Assembly (NCBI GenBank): GCA_951406725.2
Contig: OX597831.1
Coordinates: 55,428,001-55,492,000, forward strand
Length of the DNA stretch: 64,000 nt
Source of the DNA: Octopus vulgaris
Taxonomy: Eukaryota
Direction: 5' to 3'
Positions 1-12,966 of the stretch are shown one piece after another (position 1 is the stretch's first letter; every line of letters starts with the position of its first letter). The position numbers and the translations under genes are program-made. The notes beneath the pieces are model-generated. The model was not told where the DNA came from and did not search any database. It worked only from the letters and a program-made list of their open reading frames with translations.

Positions 1-162
1 GTTACAACGTGGTTTAGAGGCATCCTTATTTTTTTCATTTGAACAGGTATTTAGTAGATATCTACTCTTCTGGCATAGCCTTGTGGGTGACGGATGCATT
101 TATCGTGGGTCTTGGAAAGGTCATAATTCTTGAAAATATTATTGGTATTGCGGGATATGCAC

Positions 163-334
163 CACTAGCGTAGCTAGAGTGGGGTGGGATGGAAGGAGCG
201 GTCCACCTCGGGCGGTACTTTCATGGGGGTGGCACCACTTTTGGGTTTGCTGTAGGCAATATGTATTCTTCGTGGGGGCCCGATGGCGGTAAATTGAAGG
301 ACGCCTCGGGCGACGTACTCTAGCTACGTTAGTG
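163..334. mobile_element. hAT-type MITE
   Basis: 18-bp TIRs cactagcgtagctagagt / actctagctacgttagtg (1 mismatch); 8-bp TSD atatgcac / atatgtac. Confidence 0.85.
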
Positions 335-360
335 ATATGTACTCCTGCACAACTTTCTTC

Positions 361-576
361 ATACACACACACATTCACTCATTCATCCATTTATTTATTC
401 ATACACACGCACACATACGCACACACACACACACACGCACGCACGCACGCACACACACATACATACATACATACATACATACATACATACATACATACAT
501 ACATACATACATACATACATACATACATACATACATACTTACGTACGTACATACATACATACATACATACATACAT
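361..576. repeat. (CA)n/(TACA)n compound microsatellite
   Basis: Direct inspection. Confidence 0.95.
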
Positions 577-980
577 TCGCCTTTCTATGGCGAAAGAGAT
601 GTAGTGGCCTGGATCCGTAAGGTCAAGGTGGTGGCCAGGCAACAAGGCATCGACGATGTAGCAGGTTTCATGGCACTGTACCTGGAGGGAAGCGCGTTGT
701 ACCTTGGGATGGCCGTGGAAGACCAATTGAGCGCGGCGAAGATCGATTAGCACTTGAGGGAAGCCTATACGGAGGAAAGGTACGCCGCGTTTGCTAAGTT
801 GGGAAGGGTCAATTGGACAGACGAACAGCATGCCGCGGAGGTTCGGAGACTGGCCATGCTATCCGGTTTCACCGGAGAAGGTCTAGTGAAGACGGCACGA
901 CTGGTCTTCGGAAATGGCTTTCCCGACGACATATCTGTTTGGTGGTGCAGGGGTGTCATGCGACGTGAGTCTGCAACATG
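577..980 (+). pseudogene. Ty3/Gypsy-like gag fragment, interrupted by a stop
   Basis: PFYGERDVVAWIRKVKVVA...FMALYLEGSAL...LREAYTEE...EVRRLA resembles a retrotransposon gag N-terminus. Confidence 0.65.
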
Positions 981-2044
981 AGAGGGAGCAGAGCTCCGCG
1001 AGGGACTGTACTACGCCATTGAAGACAAAATCCCCTTCAGGAGCAATGGACATAAATGTTTCGCCATTTTTGTGGCTTATCAACATCATGTACTTAAACC
1101 AGATTAGAAACGAACTGAATCGTCAATTCATGACTATATACAAATGGTGAAAAAAAAAGAAAAAACAATTGTTGGTCTAACAGCGATTTTCGTTTTCAGC
1201 ATGCAAAACTACAAAACTAAAAAACAATCTGGTGAAAATTTGAAATATTTAAAGTGGTTGGAAGAAATATAAGATCATAAAGATCCCTCACATTTTCTGA
1301 TCATAAAACGAAAGAACGCTTCAGTGAGGTTGTTTCAAAACTCTCTACCCTGACCCCAATGTTTGTTTTGTCTGTCCTCGTATCGTCCCCTCTTTTTCTC
1401 AACCTTATGGTGAATAAAGAAATTCACTCTCTCTCTCTCTTTCTGTATTCCTATTGCTTTTGCTTGTCTAGGCTGAATGGGATAGATGTTTTTGGAATGA
1501 GGTATCGTACAGGTAATTTCCATTTGACAAAAACTGGGGGTTGAAAGCTTGCTTTGTGAACGGGGTGTGTTACTTGTCTGTTGTGTTTATAAGTCTGCTG
1601 CTTTTGTCGTTGCTGTTAATGTTCTCCTACTTTCTTATCCGCCCATGATTTCTCTTCTTTTGTAAAGACGTCATTTAAACATCACATGTTACGCATATCT
1701 GTGGAATGCTCAGTCATTTGCACATTAATTTTATGAGCAGGCTCTTCTATTGATTTCTTTACAAAAGTAACCATTCATTTAGAAAGCAATTCTCTGAAAG
1801 AATTTGATTTTACTCACCAGGAAGAAAACCAACCAACCAACCAATCAGGCAGCTAGCCGAACCAGTGAGTCAACCAACCAAACAAAAAAGCAACAAAGTA
1901 TTACTGTATATATTTTAGCTGTTTTATTTTTATCTGTTTAACATGTCTGTCACTTCTCTGTTTATTTGTTTAGCATGTCTGTCGTTTCTCAGTTTATACA
2001 TTGTGAGTAAGGTCGAGCGACTGCAATGTCTAGCCGGCAGTTAT

Positions 2045-2250
2045 CCAGTACCGAGGGAAATAACCCAGAAATTATAGTCTGTTGGTACTGCTAACAGCTA
2101 GAGGAGAGTCGTATGCTCCCTTGTTCACAGTAAATTTCGGATACAGATCGTGTGTCGATAACCAGCTGGAAAAGATGTTTTCCTGGGGTTAAAAGGTAGT
2201 AACATAGATCTGCGTAGGACAGCCACCTTACGTTGGCAAATACACTTTAC
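2045..2250 (+). mobile_element. Decayed HHR-bearing short element (group 1)
   Basis: ccagta-CCGA[TGA lost]-GGGaaataaCCC-a-GAAA-ttata-GTC-tgttgg, then ccagctgg...cctggggttaaa...gtaaca and a gcca-8nt-tggc hairpin homologous to 25680-25850. Confidence 0.55.
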
Positions 2251-2499
2251 TGTATAATGTTTGATTTTTCACATTTGGTACCTTGAATTCACATTTGGTA
2301 CCCTATCCTCTGTATTTTTTAGCTTTAGCAATAATTTTCCACCCTATCTAGGGGTTGCTTATTCCACCTTCTTTCGATGTTCATAGGGATGTTGCATATT
2401 GCTTATGTTTGTCTCTGAATGATGCCAGATATTGTGTATGCCCTTCCTTGAACAACATTACATAGGAACACAGAAGAATCACAGATATATGAAACTTCA

Positions 2500-3430
2500 G
2501 TTCAGACTATCTCTTTTCAACAAGAGTTTACCAGTTGCCATTTTCGCAAACATAACGTATGAGGGATAACCTTGACGGAGGGACCGCATGATCCATGTGG
2601 TTCCAATAAGTGATCGTTCACCCCACCATCGAGTAAGTGTCACCGTATATTGCAGCAATCCAACCAGCTGTGAAAAGAGTACCAGGAATTGGTGATCCAT
2701 CTGTTAGAAAGATTTTGATCGAAGTAAATTGGTCTGGTCTCCACCCAACAGGTTCTTTACCCACCCTCGCTTTGATGTATCGCATGAGATAGAGGTTATT
2801 GTGGATAGATTTGTTCGAGATGGCGTATGTTTGTGCATCATCAGTTCGACCGTCGATGACAAGTGCTAACTTCTTTGTTAACACCTTGGCCACAATTTCG
2901 AAATTTGCATTAAACAGAGATATGGGCCGAAAAATATCAATGTGTTCCCTTTTGTTTGGGCCTTTCTCAGCCTCTTGATTCACAGAAGGGGGAATTCATG
3001 AGTTTTGTCTCTATTTGCAGCAGATATCTACCTAAAGGTCTCCAAACAAGTCTGAAAACCAGAGCTCGTGGGGCTGATCATCTAAACCAGGTTATTTACC
3101 TGCCCTCTTCATGCAGCCAACCATTGCTTCCTCTATATCCACGTTTGTTATCGGGTTTTCGAGAGACTCAACCTCTCTGTGCAGAGAGGCACGCTGTTGA
3201 GGTTGGCTGTGGAATCTATCCTGCGTTCCGTCAGCCAGTCGTCCCGATCAGTTGAGCAAAGTGCTGTCGAAATTTGCTAATACCTGCTTGCGGTCAAGTA
3301 ACATGCGCCCATTTTGGTCCATCAAAGACCAAATTGTGGCTTTGTTGTTATCTTGCACCTCTTCCACTCGGGTCCATCGAATGGTTTTTGAACCGTCGTG
3401 TCTTAGATCACGCGCCTTTGCTCTGATTAG
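2500..3430 (-). pseudogene. Tx1/L1-clade LINE reverse transcriptase fragment
   Basis: FRPISLFNANFEIVAKVL...QTYAISNKSIHNNLYLMR matches L1/Tx1 RT domains 1-2. Confidence 0.8.
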
Positions 3431-3514
3431 AGTGGTTAAAATGTATGATTGTAAACGGCTTTATAACGTTATATATATGCTTGTTTGTATACATACATAC
3501 ATTTTTTATTATTT

Positions 3515-3817
3515 ATGCGCCCTTTTCAAGCCTAGCCAGGCTCATGGGCCCGGTTTCCCGGTTTCTGTGGCATATGTGTTCCCTCCAGCTGGATGGGACG
3601 CCAGTCCAATGCAGCATTACCCAAGAAACAGGAAGAAGAGTGAGAGAAAGTTGGGGCGAAAGAGTACAACAGGGGTCGCCACCACCCCCTGCCGGAGCCT
3701 CGTGGAGCTTTAGGTGTCTTCGCTCAATAAACACACACAACGCCCGGTCTGGAAATCGAAACCGCGATCTTCCGACCGCAAGTCCGCTGCCCTAACCACT
3801 GGGCCATTACGCCTCCA
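3515..3817 (-). mobile_element. tRNA-derived SINE, family C
   Basis: Reverse complement begins gtggaggcgtaatggcccagtggttagggcagcggact (A box) ... ggtttcgatttcc (B box); homologous to 41502-41885 and 49497-49771. Confidence 0.85.
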
Positions 3818-3838
3818 CGCACGCACGCACACACACAC

Positions 3839-3888
<50 letters not shown>

Positions 3889-3899
3889 GCATGCATGCA

Positions 3900-4220
3900 T
3901 TCCATCGGTTACGACGAGTAAAGTTCCAGCTGATCCGATCGATAGAACAGCCTGCTCGCGAAATTAATGTGCAAGTGGCTGAGCACTCCACAGACACGCG
4001 TAACATTAACGTAGTTCTCAAGGAAATTCGGCGTGACACAGAATGTGACAAGGCTGGCCCTTTGAAATACAGGTACAACTCATTTCTGACAGCTGAGTGA
4101 ACTGGAGCAACGTGAAACAAAGTGTCTAGCTCAAGGTCACAACTCGCTACCAGGTATCGAACTTACAACCTTACGATTGTGAGTCGAATACCTCTAACCA
4201 CTAAGCCACGTACTTTCACA
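3900..4220 (-). mobile_element. tRNA-derived SINE related to family C, with CORE-like segment
   Basis: gagtgaactggagcaacgtgaaacaaagtgtctagctcaagg...taaccactaagccac; related copy at 59135-59382. Confidence 0.75.
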
Positions 4221-5021
4221 CACTCATAATTAGCTTTTTACGAAAAACCTATCCTGTTTTTACAGATTATTAACGTAGCCTTAATTGATATATCACGTCT
4301 TGTTTATTTTATGCATAAGTGCACCCACACACACACAAACACACATAAACGCGCGCGCGTTCGCGCATGTGAACCTATAAAGGCATAGCTGTCGTTCCTC
4401 TAAGCGTGTATAATGAGGCAACATGAACCATACCGTCGCTAATTGTTTTATGTGTCAATGCAGAGATAGATAACCAGTTGCACATCGTACCCTCGACACA
4501 GCAGAACATCATCCAGGGTATGACAGCTGGTGGGCTGCGCGAGAAAATGGCCTGGTAATTATTTTCAGCAGAATAAACTGGAGCAACGCGAAATAAAGAG
4601 TCAGATCCGAAGCATCAGCAGGTCTAGATATTGAGTTCTTATGATCGTGAGCTCAACTTCTTCGATTTTTCTAGTTGCAGATAACAGAATTTCTTCGTTG
4701 TAGATAACATAGTCTTCAAAATCGTTGTGTCACTATTTCTTCACAGCTTTTTTTATGAGTATAATGTCAGATTAGGATATATTTTTCGACTGCTTTCATG
4801 CGAGTGGATCTTCAGATGAAGGTTTCTTGCGCGGCAACTGTCCCGTTATAGAAGCACGATGTGTCTGGCTGTTATTCAGTTTTTGGTGCAAGGACTAAAC
4901 GTCTACAAAAAAACTGTTTCAAAGAGACAAAATTGCTGTGGAATGTTACTAAAGGAGCTGGCCTTGCACAATAGGATACAGTAAAAGAATGTATTCGATA
5001 TGGTGAATGAGAGAATGAGAG

Positions 5022-5056
<35 letters not shown>

Positions 5057-5899
5057 TTCCTTGTCACAGAACAAAGACACGATAAAAAAATCGAAGCAAA
5101 TAGTGAGAAAACAATGTTTTCTCCGTCGGAGCTAGTGGTGACTAGCATGATTACATAGAGAGGAAATTGGTTAAGAAAACACACAAAATCAATGACCTAT
5201 CGAGAGGAAAGAAATGCTAATGAGAGAGAAAATAGGTTTATTTTAGAGTGGGGAGAGGAAGTTATAGAAGGGGAAAGGGGCTTGAGTCAATGTTTGAAAG
5301 GGATAAAGAAATAAGGATAGGACGAGATTGTCAGGTTTGGGAAGAAGTGAAAATTTAAAAAGCTACAAAAAAAAAAAAGTAAGGAAACTAGATAAATTGT
5401 TAAGTTGGCGATCTGGTAGGGACGTTAGACGTGTCTGGAAAGAAAGTAACAGTAAACGTCAGTGGGAAAAATAATCACATTTTATTTATATACTATAAAC
5501 AATTAAACTAATAAAGCAAAAATTATATTTAACCAAGTTATTAATTACTAATGACTTCTACACAAATTATATATGTTGGCATTACACACATGAAAAAAAA
5601 AGGAAAAAGAAAGCAAAATAAAAAATAAACCCTTTTTATTCATTTTCTTAAAGAAAGTATGACAGTGAAACAAAGATTTCAGTTAGTCATTTATCGACAA
5701 CATATAGCTTGTACACTATATATGATAGCATTACACATATGTGAAAAAGGGACTTTTATTCATTTTTTAAAGCAAGGTAAGATAATGAAACAATGGTGGC
5801 ATTTTTTTTTTTTTGTAACCCTTTCTCCCGTGACTTATTTCTCTGTATTCTCGTTAGAGCGTTGGAGAAAATACATCGGGTATAGGTTACGTCTCCTGA

Positions 5900-6352
5900 C
5901 ACTGAGGTCGATGTAATCGACTTACACCCTCCCCCGAAATTGCTGGCCTTGTGCCAAAACTTGAAACCAATTTTGTTATTATGAATGAAGGCGACGAACT
6001 GGGAGAATCGTTAGCACCTCGAGAGAAAATACTTTCGTCCGTCGCTTACGTTCTGAGTTCAAATTCCGTCGACTTCGCTTTTCCTTTTTTTCGAGATCGA
6101 TAAAATAAGTACTAGTTGTGTACTGGGGTCGATGTAATCGACTTACCTCTTCTCTCGAAATTACTGGCCTTGTACCAAAATTTGAAACCAATATTTAATT
6201 CTTTATTGCCCACATGGGGCTAAACATAGAAGGGGACAAACAAGAACAAAGGGATTAAGTCGATTGCATCGACTCCAGCGCATAACTGGTACTTATTTAA
6301 TCGACCCCGAAAGGGTGAAAGGCAAAGTCAACCTCGACGGAATTTGAACTCA
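5900..6352. mobile_element. SINE family A fragments, both orientations
   Basis: aaggcgacgaactgggagaatcgttagc...gagttcaaattccg...gtcgatgtaatcgac. Confidence 0.8.
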
Positions 6353-7514
6353 GATGAAGCCAATATCAAAATAAAAAAATTCACACAGCAAACGCAGTAG
6401 AATTTTGTTTATTTTCAGCACGTAGCATAAAAGAACCAATTCAATTTCCATAATTCAATAGGTGGAGTTGACTCTATGATGTGATTAACTTCAATATTTT
6501 TCCAAGTAGGTCCTTCTTCAGAGTTCCGGCATAAATGTTAATTCTTATTAAAAAAAAAGGGAGATGTTAACAACCACTTTGCACAAACTAAGTTCAGCTT
6601 ACCACTTGTCTCAAGTGAAGATGGTATGCAACTGCATAGTTTGTCTAATGTCATGTTTTATATCCCTAACAATGGAATAATTGACGGCTAAAACTGCATT
6701 TTATTCACACGAAGAGAGAATCGTGAGTGGAAGTAAAGATAAACGGAGATTGTAGTTGATGTAGCATTAGCCTGATGTCCACTTCATCTGTACACGATTA
6801 AGAAAGATCCATACATGTAAAATATATTTTGATGTAAAGTGAAATACACAGTTCTATATTTGTCATACTTGTACCTAATAGTATATTTATTATTCGCTGT
6901 CGTGTATTGGCCCAGCAACAATGAAACACCACGAACAGTCAATAGTAACGGTAATGAATAATTGCACTTAAATTTCAGGTCAAACGTTGCGGAGACAAAG
7001 CAGTATTTCTGTCTTTTGTCACGTATTTCAAGCATATCTTATGGTTGGTTGAAATGGATATTCCTAAGGGACTGAGCAGGCAATGCAAAACTGATATGGT
7101 CTCTGGATCATTTTTATAGTTATGACAAATTTATTGAGGATAATTACTAAGGTATACGTTATTGTCAAAAGTTCGACTTAAATCTCTTTCGATTTTCACC
7201 CGTTCATATGAATATCATATGTCGTATTATACACCAGTGTTTTCAAACCTTTTTTTAGATAGGCCCACCTCACTGGAACGTTTTTTTTCTTCTGTGCCCC
7301 CCCCCCCCAAACTGACATTAATGTTAAAAAGAAAAAACAACTTCAGCTTTGTAATAAATGGTTGGCGATGTTTCGGTTGCCAAATGGTTAATAGTAGAAA
7401 CAGATCCCTATTGATAAAAATTAAAAGTCTTTCATGAAAATAGAATTTGTAATATTTATGTACTAACGTTATTTTAAATATTGCTTTAAATTAGTTTTAT
7501 TATTTCAAAATTTA

Positions 7515-7745
7515 AGGCGGCGAACTAGCAGAATCTTTAGCACGCCAGACAAAAATGCCTAGCGACATTTCGATAAAAATGCTTAGCGCACTTCGACCAT
7601 CTTTACGTTCCGATTCCGCTGAGGTTGACTTCGCCTTTCATTCACCGGAAATCAATAGAAGTACCAGTTGAGCACTGTCGTTGATGTAATCGACTAGTCT
7701 CCACAATATTTCAGCCCTTGTTCTTATAGTTGAAAGGATTAATAC
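7515..7745 (+). mobile_element. SINE family A, diverged
   Basis: aaggcggcgaactagcagaatc...gaggttgacttcgcctttcat. Confidence 0.8.
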
Positions 7746-7949
7746 GAAATATATTTCTATGAAAATAGATAATTGGTATGAAAACAATTTTTGGAGAAAA
7801 ATTTATAATAATAAAAAAAACCTAAAAAATTTTGTTGAAAGGTAACCTGCATTCGACCATTAACATAAACTTCATAAGAATATCAGTATCTGTTAATTGC
7901 ACATTATTCTATTTCTATAAAACAACCATTTATAATCACTCACTACTTT

Positions 7950-8780
7950 TCTGATACAACACGCACAAGAAACTTCTGTCGATACCCAGAGAAATAACGT
8001 TTATAAAAGGATTTGTACCTTTAATTAGGCACACAATAATATGAAATATCAGAGTCAACAGTTGTAACGATAAAAAATTGTTGTTATAACGGCATGCTGT
8101 AGGATGTGAAAGATGAACAATGCATGACGTTTTAAGAAAGTATTTATTTACCGTTACGCTGAAAATACCTTGCCGCGTCGGGCAGGTTATAAAATCCGAG
8201 AGCATGCGAAAGAAAGTTAGATGTGGTAGAAATTTTCTTTGTATAATTTTGTGTACACGTTTTCTTAGCAGTAAGCCGCCGATAGCGATAGAATGGTGTA
8301 AGATAACAGATATAGAGCTAGTGAAAGTTGTAGGGTTATGGGACGTTGTCTCACAGTTTCTGACAGTAAATTTCATTTCTCTGTCTGACTATTGTCTTTA
8401 GTAGCTGCCTTGCTTGTGATCATGATTCTAGCAGTCCGTTCCCTAACTGATTGAGTTGTCACCAAGTGACTACTGATTTTTGCTTGGGGTTCTTGCTTTT
8501 ATAACTATCCAGAAGGATAGACATATCGTCAAGAACAATAGGCTTCGTTGGTGGTACTGTGATACCTCTATTCTAGCTTTTGGCGAAGTAGAAGAAGTTA
8601 TAAGGGTCAAGTTGTGAAAGCATTATTTCGGCGTAGCTAAAGGCATTTGGCATATGTAAAACTGCTGTCACTGAAAGAAAACAGTGTTCCACCGTGAGAA
8701 AAGTTCTGTTGAACTGTTAATTTAAATTTGGCTATGGTGGATCGAATCCACTTCATACCTGCAAGATTCACCACAGATTT
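7950..8780 (-). pseudogene. Possible highly decayed Penelope-like RT-thumb/GIY-YIG remnant
   Basis: Manual minus-strand translation gives LFSFSDSSFTYAK, YC*ENVYTKLYKENF and TTVDSDISYY...FSGYR in the order expected for a PLE thumb, linker and GIY-YIG; many frameshifts. Confidence 0.35.
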
Positions 8781-9054
8781 TTTGAGAGGGAAAATCTAAA
8801 ATAAAAATACATTTTATTACCTTTGTATTGTATTTATTCAGTAAGATCGTTGTGGTTGACAATGAAATGTATTTTTACTTCTTGTCAAAGCAATGGAAAT
8901 TTCATAACAATTTCACTACTTGTCTATTAATTATTGACCCTTGTAGTTAAATTTAGCTTAAGCAGTTTAATTTCTCTACACTCAATAAGAACTTCTGGCT
9001 TTTTCGCCACCACTCTTTCCTCCAACATCTAGCAGCTCATCTACGATGGACCGG

Positions 9055-9605
9055 CGCCCAGTCCGCGAAAATTTTTATTCCCACGAGAGTTCCAGACCCC
9101 AGTTATGAACTCATTTGCATGCAACCAATCAGAGCTCAACTATCAAACTAATTTATGAGCGCATAACAAGTGATGGTCGATAAGATAAGGTCACTTGGGT
9201 AAGGAATGACCATGCCTCTTTTTTCTTCTGAGAATGCTTGTTGCTCTTGTTCTTACCATAGCTGCCTCTGCGTAGTTATTTGTGTCGTTTATTTGTAATA
9301 AACTGTAAGGGGGAAGGGTTGCTAGCACATCACCCTCTGCCCACATTTTCCTCATCCATATCTTTACCATATGGTTCCCTAACAAAATCCGATAATAGCT
9401 GCAAATCTATCTAATTACTTGTCTCCTAAAATTAGGCATAGCTTGGTGATCGGTCGACTTACAATACTGTTCTTCGTCTTGAGTTAACTTGGTAGAGTGT
9501 GTTTGTTAACTTGACAAGGTTTAGGCGAGCTCTGATTGACTGTATGCTAATGAGTTCATTCTGGAGTCCGAAACTCTCGTGGGAAAAAAGTTTCGCGTCC
9601 CGTAC
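9055..9605. repeat. Diverged inverted repeat (old MITE)
   Basis: 9062-9140 (cgcgaaaat...cccacgagagtt...ccaatcagagctc) is the reverse complement of 9527-9600. Confidence 0.7.
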
Positions 9606-9866
9606 AGGTGGGGAACATATACGCAAATGAAACCGGAAAAACCGGCCCTTATGAGCCAGGTATATCTCAGGAAGAATCAAACAACAACATATTACTGTTA
9701 CTTATTTTTATTGGAACTTAAAAAGAATGAAAAGTGAAGTTGGCTACCATGAAATATGAACTCAGAATCTATAAGTCCGAAGCTTTGTATTAAATCCTTA
9801 CAATGGCATAAATTCATAAATTTGTAGACAGAAAGAAATGTGTATTGTCGATATGATTGGCATTTT

Positions 9867-10238
9867 AAGGCGGCGAGCTGGCAGAAACGTTAGCACGCTG
9901 GGCGAAATGCGTTGCCGTATTTCGTCTGCCGTTACGTTCTGAGTTCAAATTCCGCCGAGGTCGACTTTGCCTTTCATCCTTTCGGGGTCGATAAATTAAC
10001 TACCAGTTACGCACTAGGGTTGATGTAATCGTCTTAATCCGTTTGTCTGTCCTTGTTTGTCCTCTCTGTGTTTAGCCCCTTGTGGGTGGTAAAGAAATAG
10101 GTATTTCGCCGAGGTCGACTTTGCCTTTCATCCTTTCGGGGTCAATAAATTAAGTACCAGTTGCGTACTGGTTCGATCTAATCGACTGGCCCCTCCCCCC
10201 AAATTTCGGGCCTTGTGCCGAGAGTAGAAAAGATATTA
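9867..10238 (+). mobile_element. SINE family A, full copy plus partial second unit
   Basis: Head ggcggcgagctggcagaaacgttagc; B box gagttcaaattcc; central gcctttcatcctttcggggtcgataaa; tail tttagccccttgtgggtggtaaagaaata. Confidence 0.9.
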
Positions 10239-10239
10239 T

Positions 10240-11065
10240 TGGCAAGACCATTGGAGATATAGTGTTGAGAGTGTGGGTGGAGGGCAGAATCCCTCGTTGC
10301 TTTAAATGTGGCCAAAATGGTCCCATTAGAACACACTGCCCTCTACAGAAGCAGAGAAGTCCGGAGGAAGTTGGAAAGGAGCCGGAGGAGGTGCAGCCGG
10401 AAGAAAAGAGAAACGAAGAACAGTGGACGGTAGCTGAAAGAAGAAAAAGGAAGAGGAAGAAAGGACAGAGTGAAGTAGAACCCCAAACCATACCCTCTCA
10501 TAATACCCACAGACACCAAACCCACCCATTACCCTCCTACACAAAGCAAAAGAAATACAAACACACAAGGATCAACAAACTCCCCCTCCCACTGAAAATT
10601 CTTTCGTTGAAGGTGTGGACAAGGAACTGCTCAATAAGAAAACAAAATGGAAGACTGCAAGATTTGTCCATGTCAAAGGATGAACAAACATTGATGGATG
10701 GCACTCATGTGATCGGGTATCCGAAAGCCAGCCAAAAAGACGAGATATTGAAATTCAAGAGGTGTTGTAAGGCGATATGTGATTTAAAGACGATACCAGA
10801 CAATATAAAGTACGAGGAGCTGTCCGAGAAATATGGTATAGACATTTTAAAGGACTCGGAATTAAAAAGATAAAGGAAGCAAGTGATGCTGCTTGAGGTG
10901 GGGCAAGTAACTCATTTTTATTATCATTTTCATTGGATCATTCATGTACATCATAGTTTAATTTTTAATTTTTTAATTTTTTAATTTATTTTTTTCGTTT
11001 TTATATGTCACCACATGTTTTTGTATTGTCCCCTCTTCGTTGGCCCCTTGTGGGTTATAAAAAAA
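10240..11065 (+). mobile_element. 5'-truncated ORF1-only (HAL1-like) L1/Tx1-type element
   Basis: ORF 10262-10873 with zinc knuckle CFKCGQNGPIRTHC; about 190 bp later a tail tgtcccctcttcgttggccccttgtgggttataaaaaaa; no ORF2. Confidence 0.65.
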
Positions 11066-11080
11066 TCAACTCCGTCGGTT

Positions 11081-12160
11081 ACGACACTCAGGTTTCTTTC
11101 CGTGTTTCCGTTTGGGTTGTTATATTGTTTTGGGAGAGTGATTGTGTGTTATTTTGTGCTTCTTAATATGAAAAAATAAAGACATATGCAGCAGCGACGG
11201 GGAGTCAGGCTTCTGTTGTCCCGAGCTCGTTGAAACAATTTGAAATACGTTGCGATTCAGACACGTTTCAGAGACTTGAGAAATATCAAAATATGGTGAA
11301 AAGAGAGGGGCCAAACGTAAAGTTGGCCCCATCAGATGAAGACAAGATGAAAATAGAAAACAAAGTAGTGGAATACAGATCATTTTCAAGGAAAAATAGA
11401 TTAGAAAACACAACGAAGGAGGAGGTGGAGGAATGCTTAGAAGATTTAAAAGAAAATATATCGTTTTTTACAAAAGGAAAGAAATACGCGATTGTAGAGG
11501 TCACATTTGTATCGGAAGAGGCAGAAAATAAATACGCCAATAAGACGATAACTGGAAAAGAATGGATGTTTCTACCCAATCATCAGGGTAAAAGGCCAAT
11601 GAGGATTAGGGTGGGCAGGATCCCGCCGAGAATTGAGCCAGACTGGCTACTGGCAGCAATTTTTACTGCAGAAAAAGAAGACAATGAAGATGTGAGTTTT
11701 CTTATGGTAACCAGAACCCAGTAAGTAAATTGGTTTAGAGGTTATTTTCACGAGAAGTCAGAGACTATATGATACAATGCCGGAGACACTAGAACTGCTG
11801 AACGGAAACAAACTGGATGTAATGTTGGAAGGGAGACTTCCAGGTGCTATGAATGTGGCGTAAGAGGACACTTTAAAAGAAGATGCCCGAAAATAACAAT
11901 GGAAACGCAAGAAGGCGTGATAGAGGGGAAGAAACAGACACAGGAAGAGGAACAGAAAGCCGAGTTTGTAGAAGTCAAGGAAGAGAGAAAGGAGGGGCTC
12001 ATCGCCGAAAGCTGAACAAGGAAAGAAATATGAAGCACAGGAGCAAGTGGGATCACCGAGGAAAGAGGATAAAAGCAGAATATCACCAAATAAACATACA
12101 GACTCACAATCACACAAACGCACAGATTCACAGATGCATAAACACATAGACATGCATATA
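11081..12160 (+). mobile_element. L1/Tx1-type ORF1 (RRM-like plus CCHC), disrupted
   Basis: ORF 11230-11724 (YAIVEVTFVSEE, IRVGRIPPRIEPDWL); after a stop and frameshift RCYECGVRGHFKRRCP near 11842-11890. Confidence 0.75.
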
Positions 12161-12608
12161 CACAAATTCCGCCGAGGTCGACTTTACCTTTCATTTTTTT
12201 CGGGATTTGTCCCCCACCGGCGCTTGACAACCGTTGTTGATGTGTTTACGTCGTCGTAACCTAGCGATTCGGCAAGAGATACTGGTACAATAAGTAATAG
12301 GTTTTAAAAAATAATTATTATAGTCGATTCATTCGACTAAAATTCTTCAAGGTAGTGCCCCAGCATGACCGCAGTTTAATGACTGAAACAAGTAAGAGAT
12401 AAAAGAACCCACTGCATGAGTTGCCCAATGCCTATAATGATACTAAGGCGGCCTTTGTGAACTACACTTGAATTTTGTAGAGAACTAAATCTCTCTGAGA
12501 GATTTTGAAATGTATTATTTCTATTTTTGAAATCAGTGAATGTATTTTACTAGAATTCTTATGTTTACAAGAGCTAGATGGGCATCTCCAACTAGCAGGC
12601 CATGCTAC

Positions 12609-12651
12609 TCCAGGCTGATGACGAGCAAAGACTCAGAAACTAGTCTCTGAA
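12609..12651 (+). ncRNA. Minimal type I hammerhead ribozyme
   Basis: tccagg-CTGATGA-c-GAGcaaagaCTC-a-GAAA-C-ta-GTC-tctgaa; palindromic stem III ACTAGT; lies in a ~210-bp element (12590-12805) homologous to 38895-39100. Confidence 0.8.
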
Positions 12652-12966
12652 TGCATGCTTAACTGGGTGGAAGTGCTTATCTCCCCCTTGTAAACATAAG
12701 GACACGGGAAATGTGTCAAGGCCGACAGGAAGCGTTGCTGCTTCGTAGGGCTAAACAGCAATAATATTTCCCCCTTCATGGGACTGTCACATTAAGTTGA
12801 CAGTATACAACTACTTTAACAATTGTTGAGGGTTGAAATATTTTCTAGCCCAGAGTCAGAGGTATGCTGGAACAGTTGTCTTTCTTCTACAAACGAATCT
12901 AAATACAGTATTTTCGGAGGGGAATTATTGCCAGCATATGTTAGGCGTTTTTGACACATACTAGAA

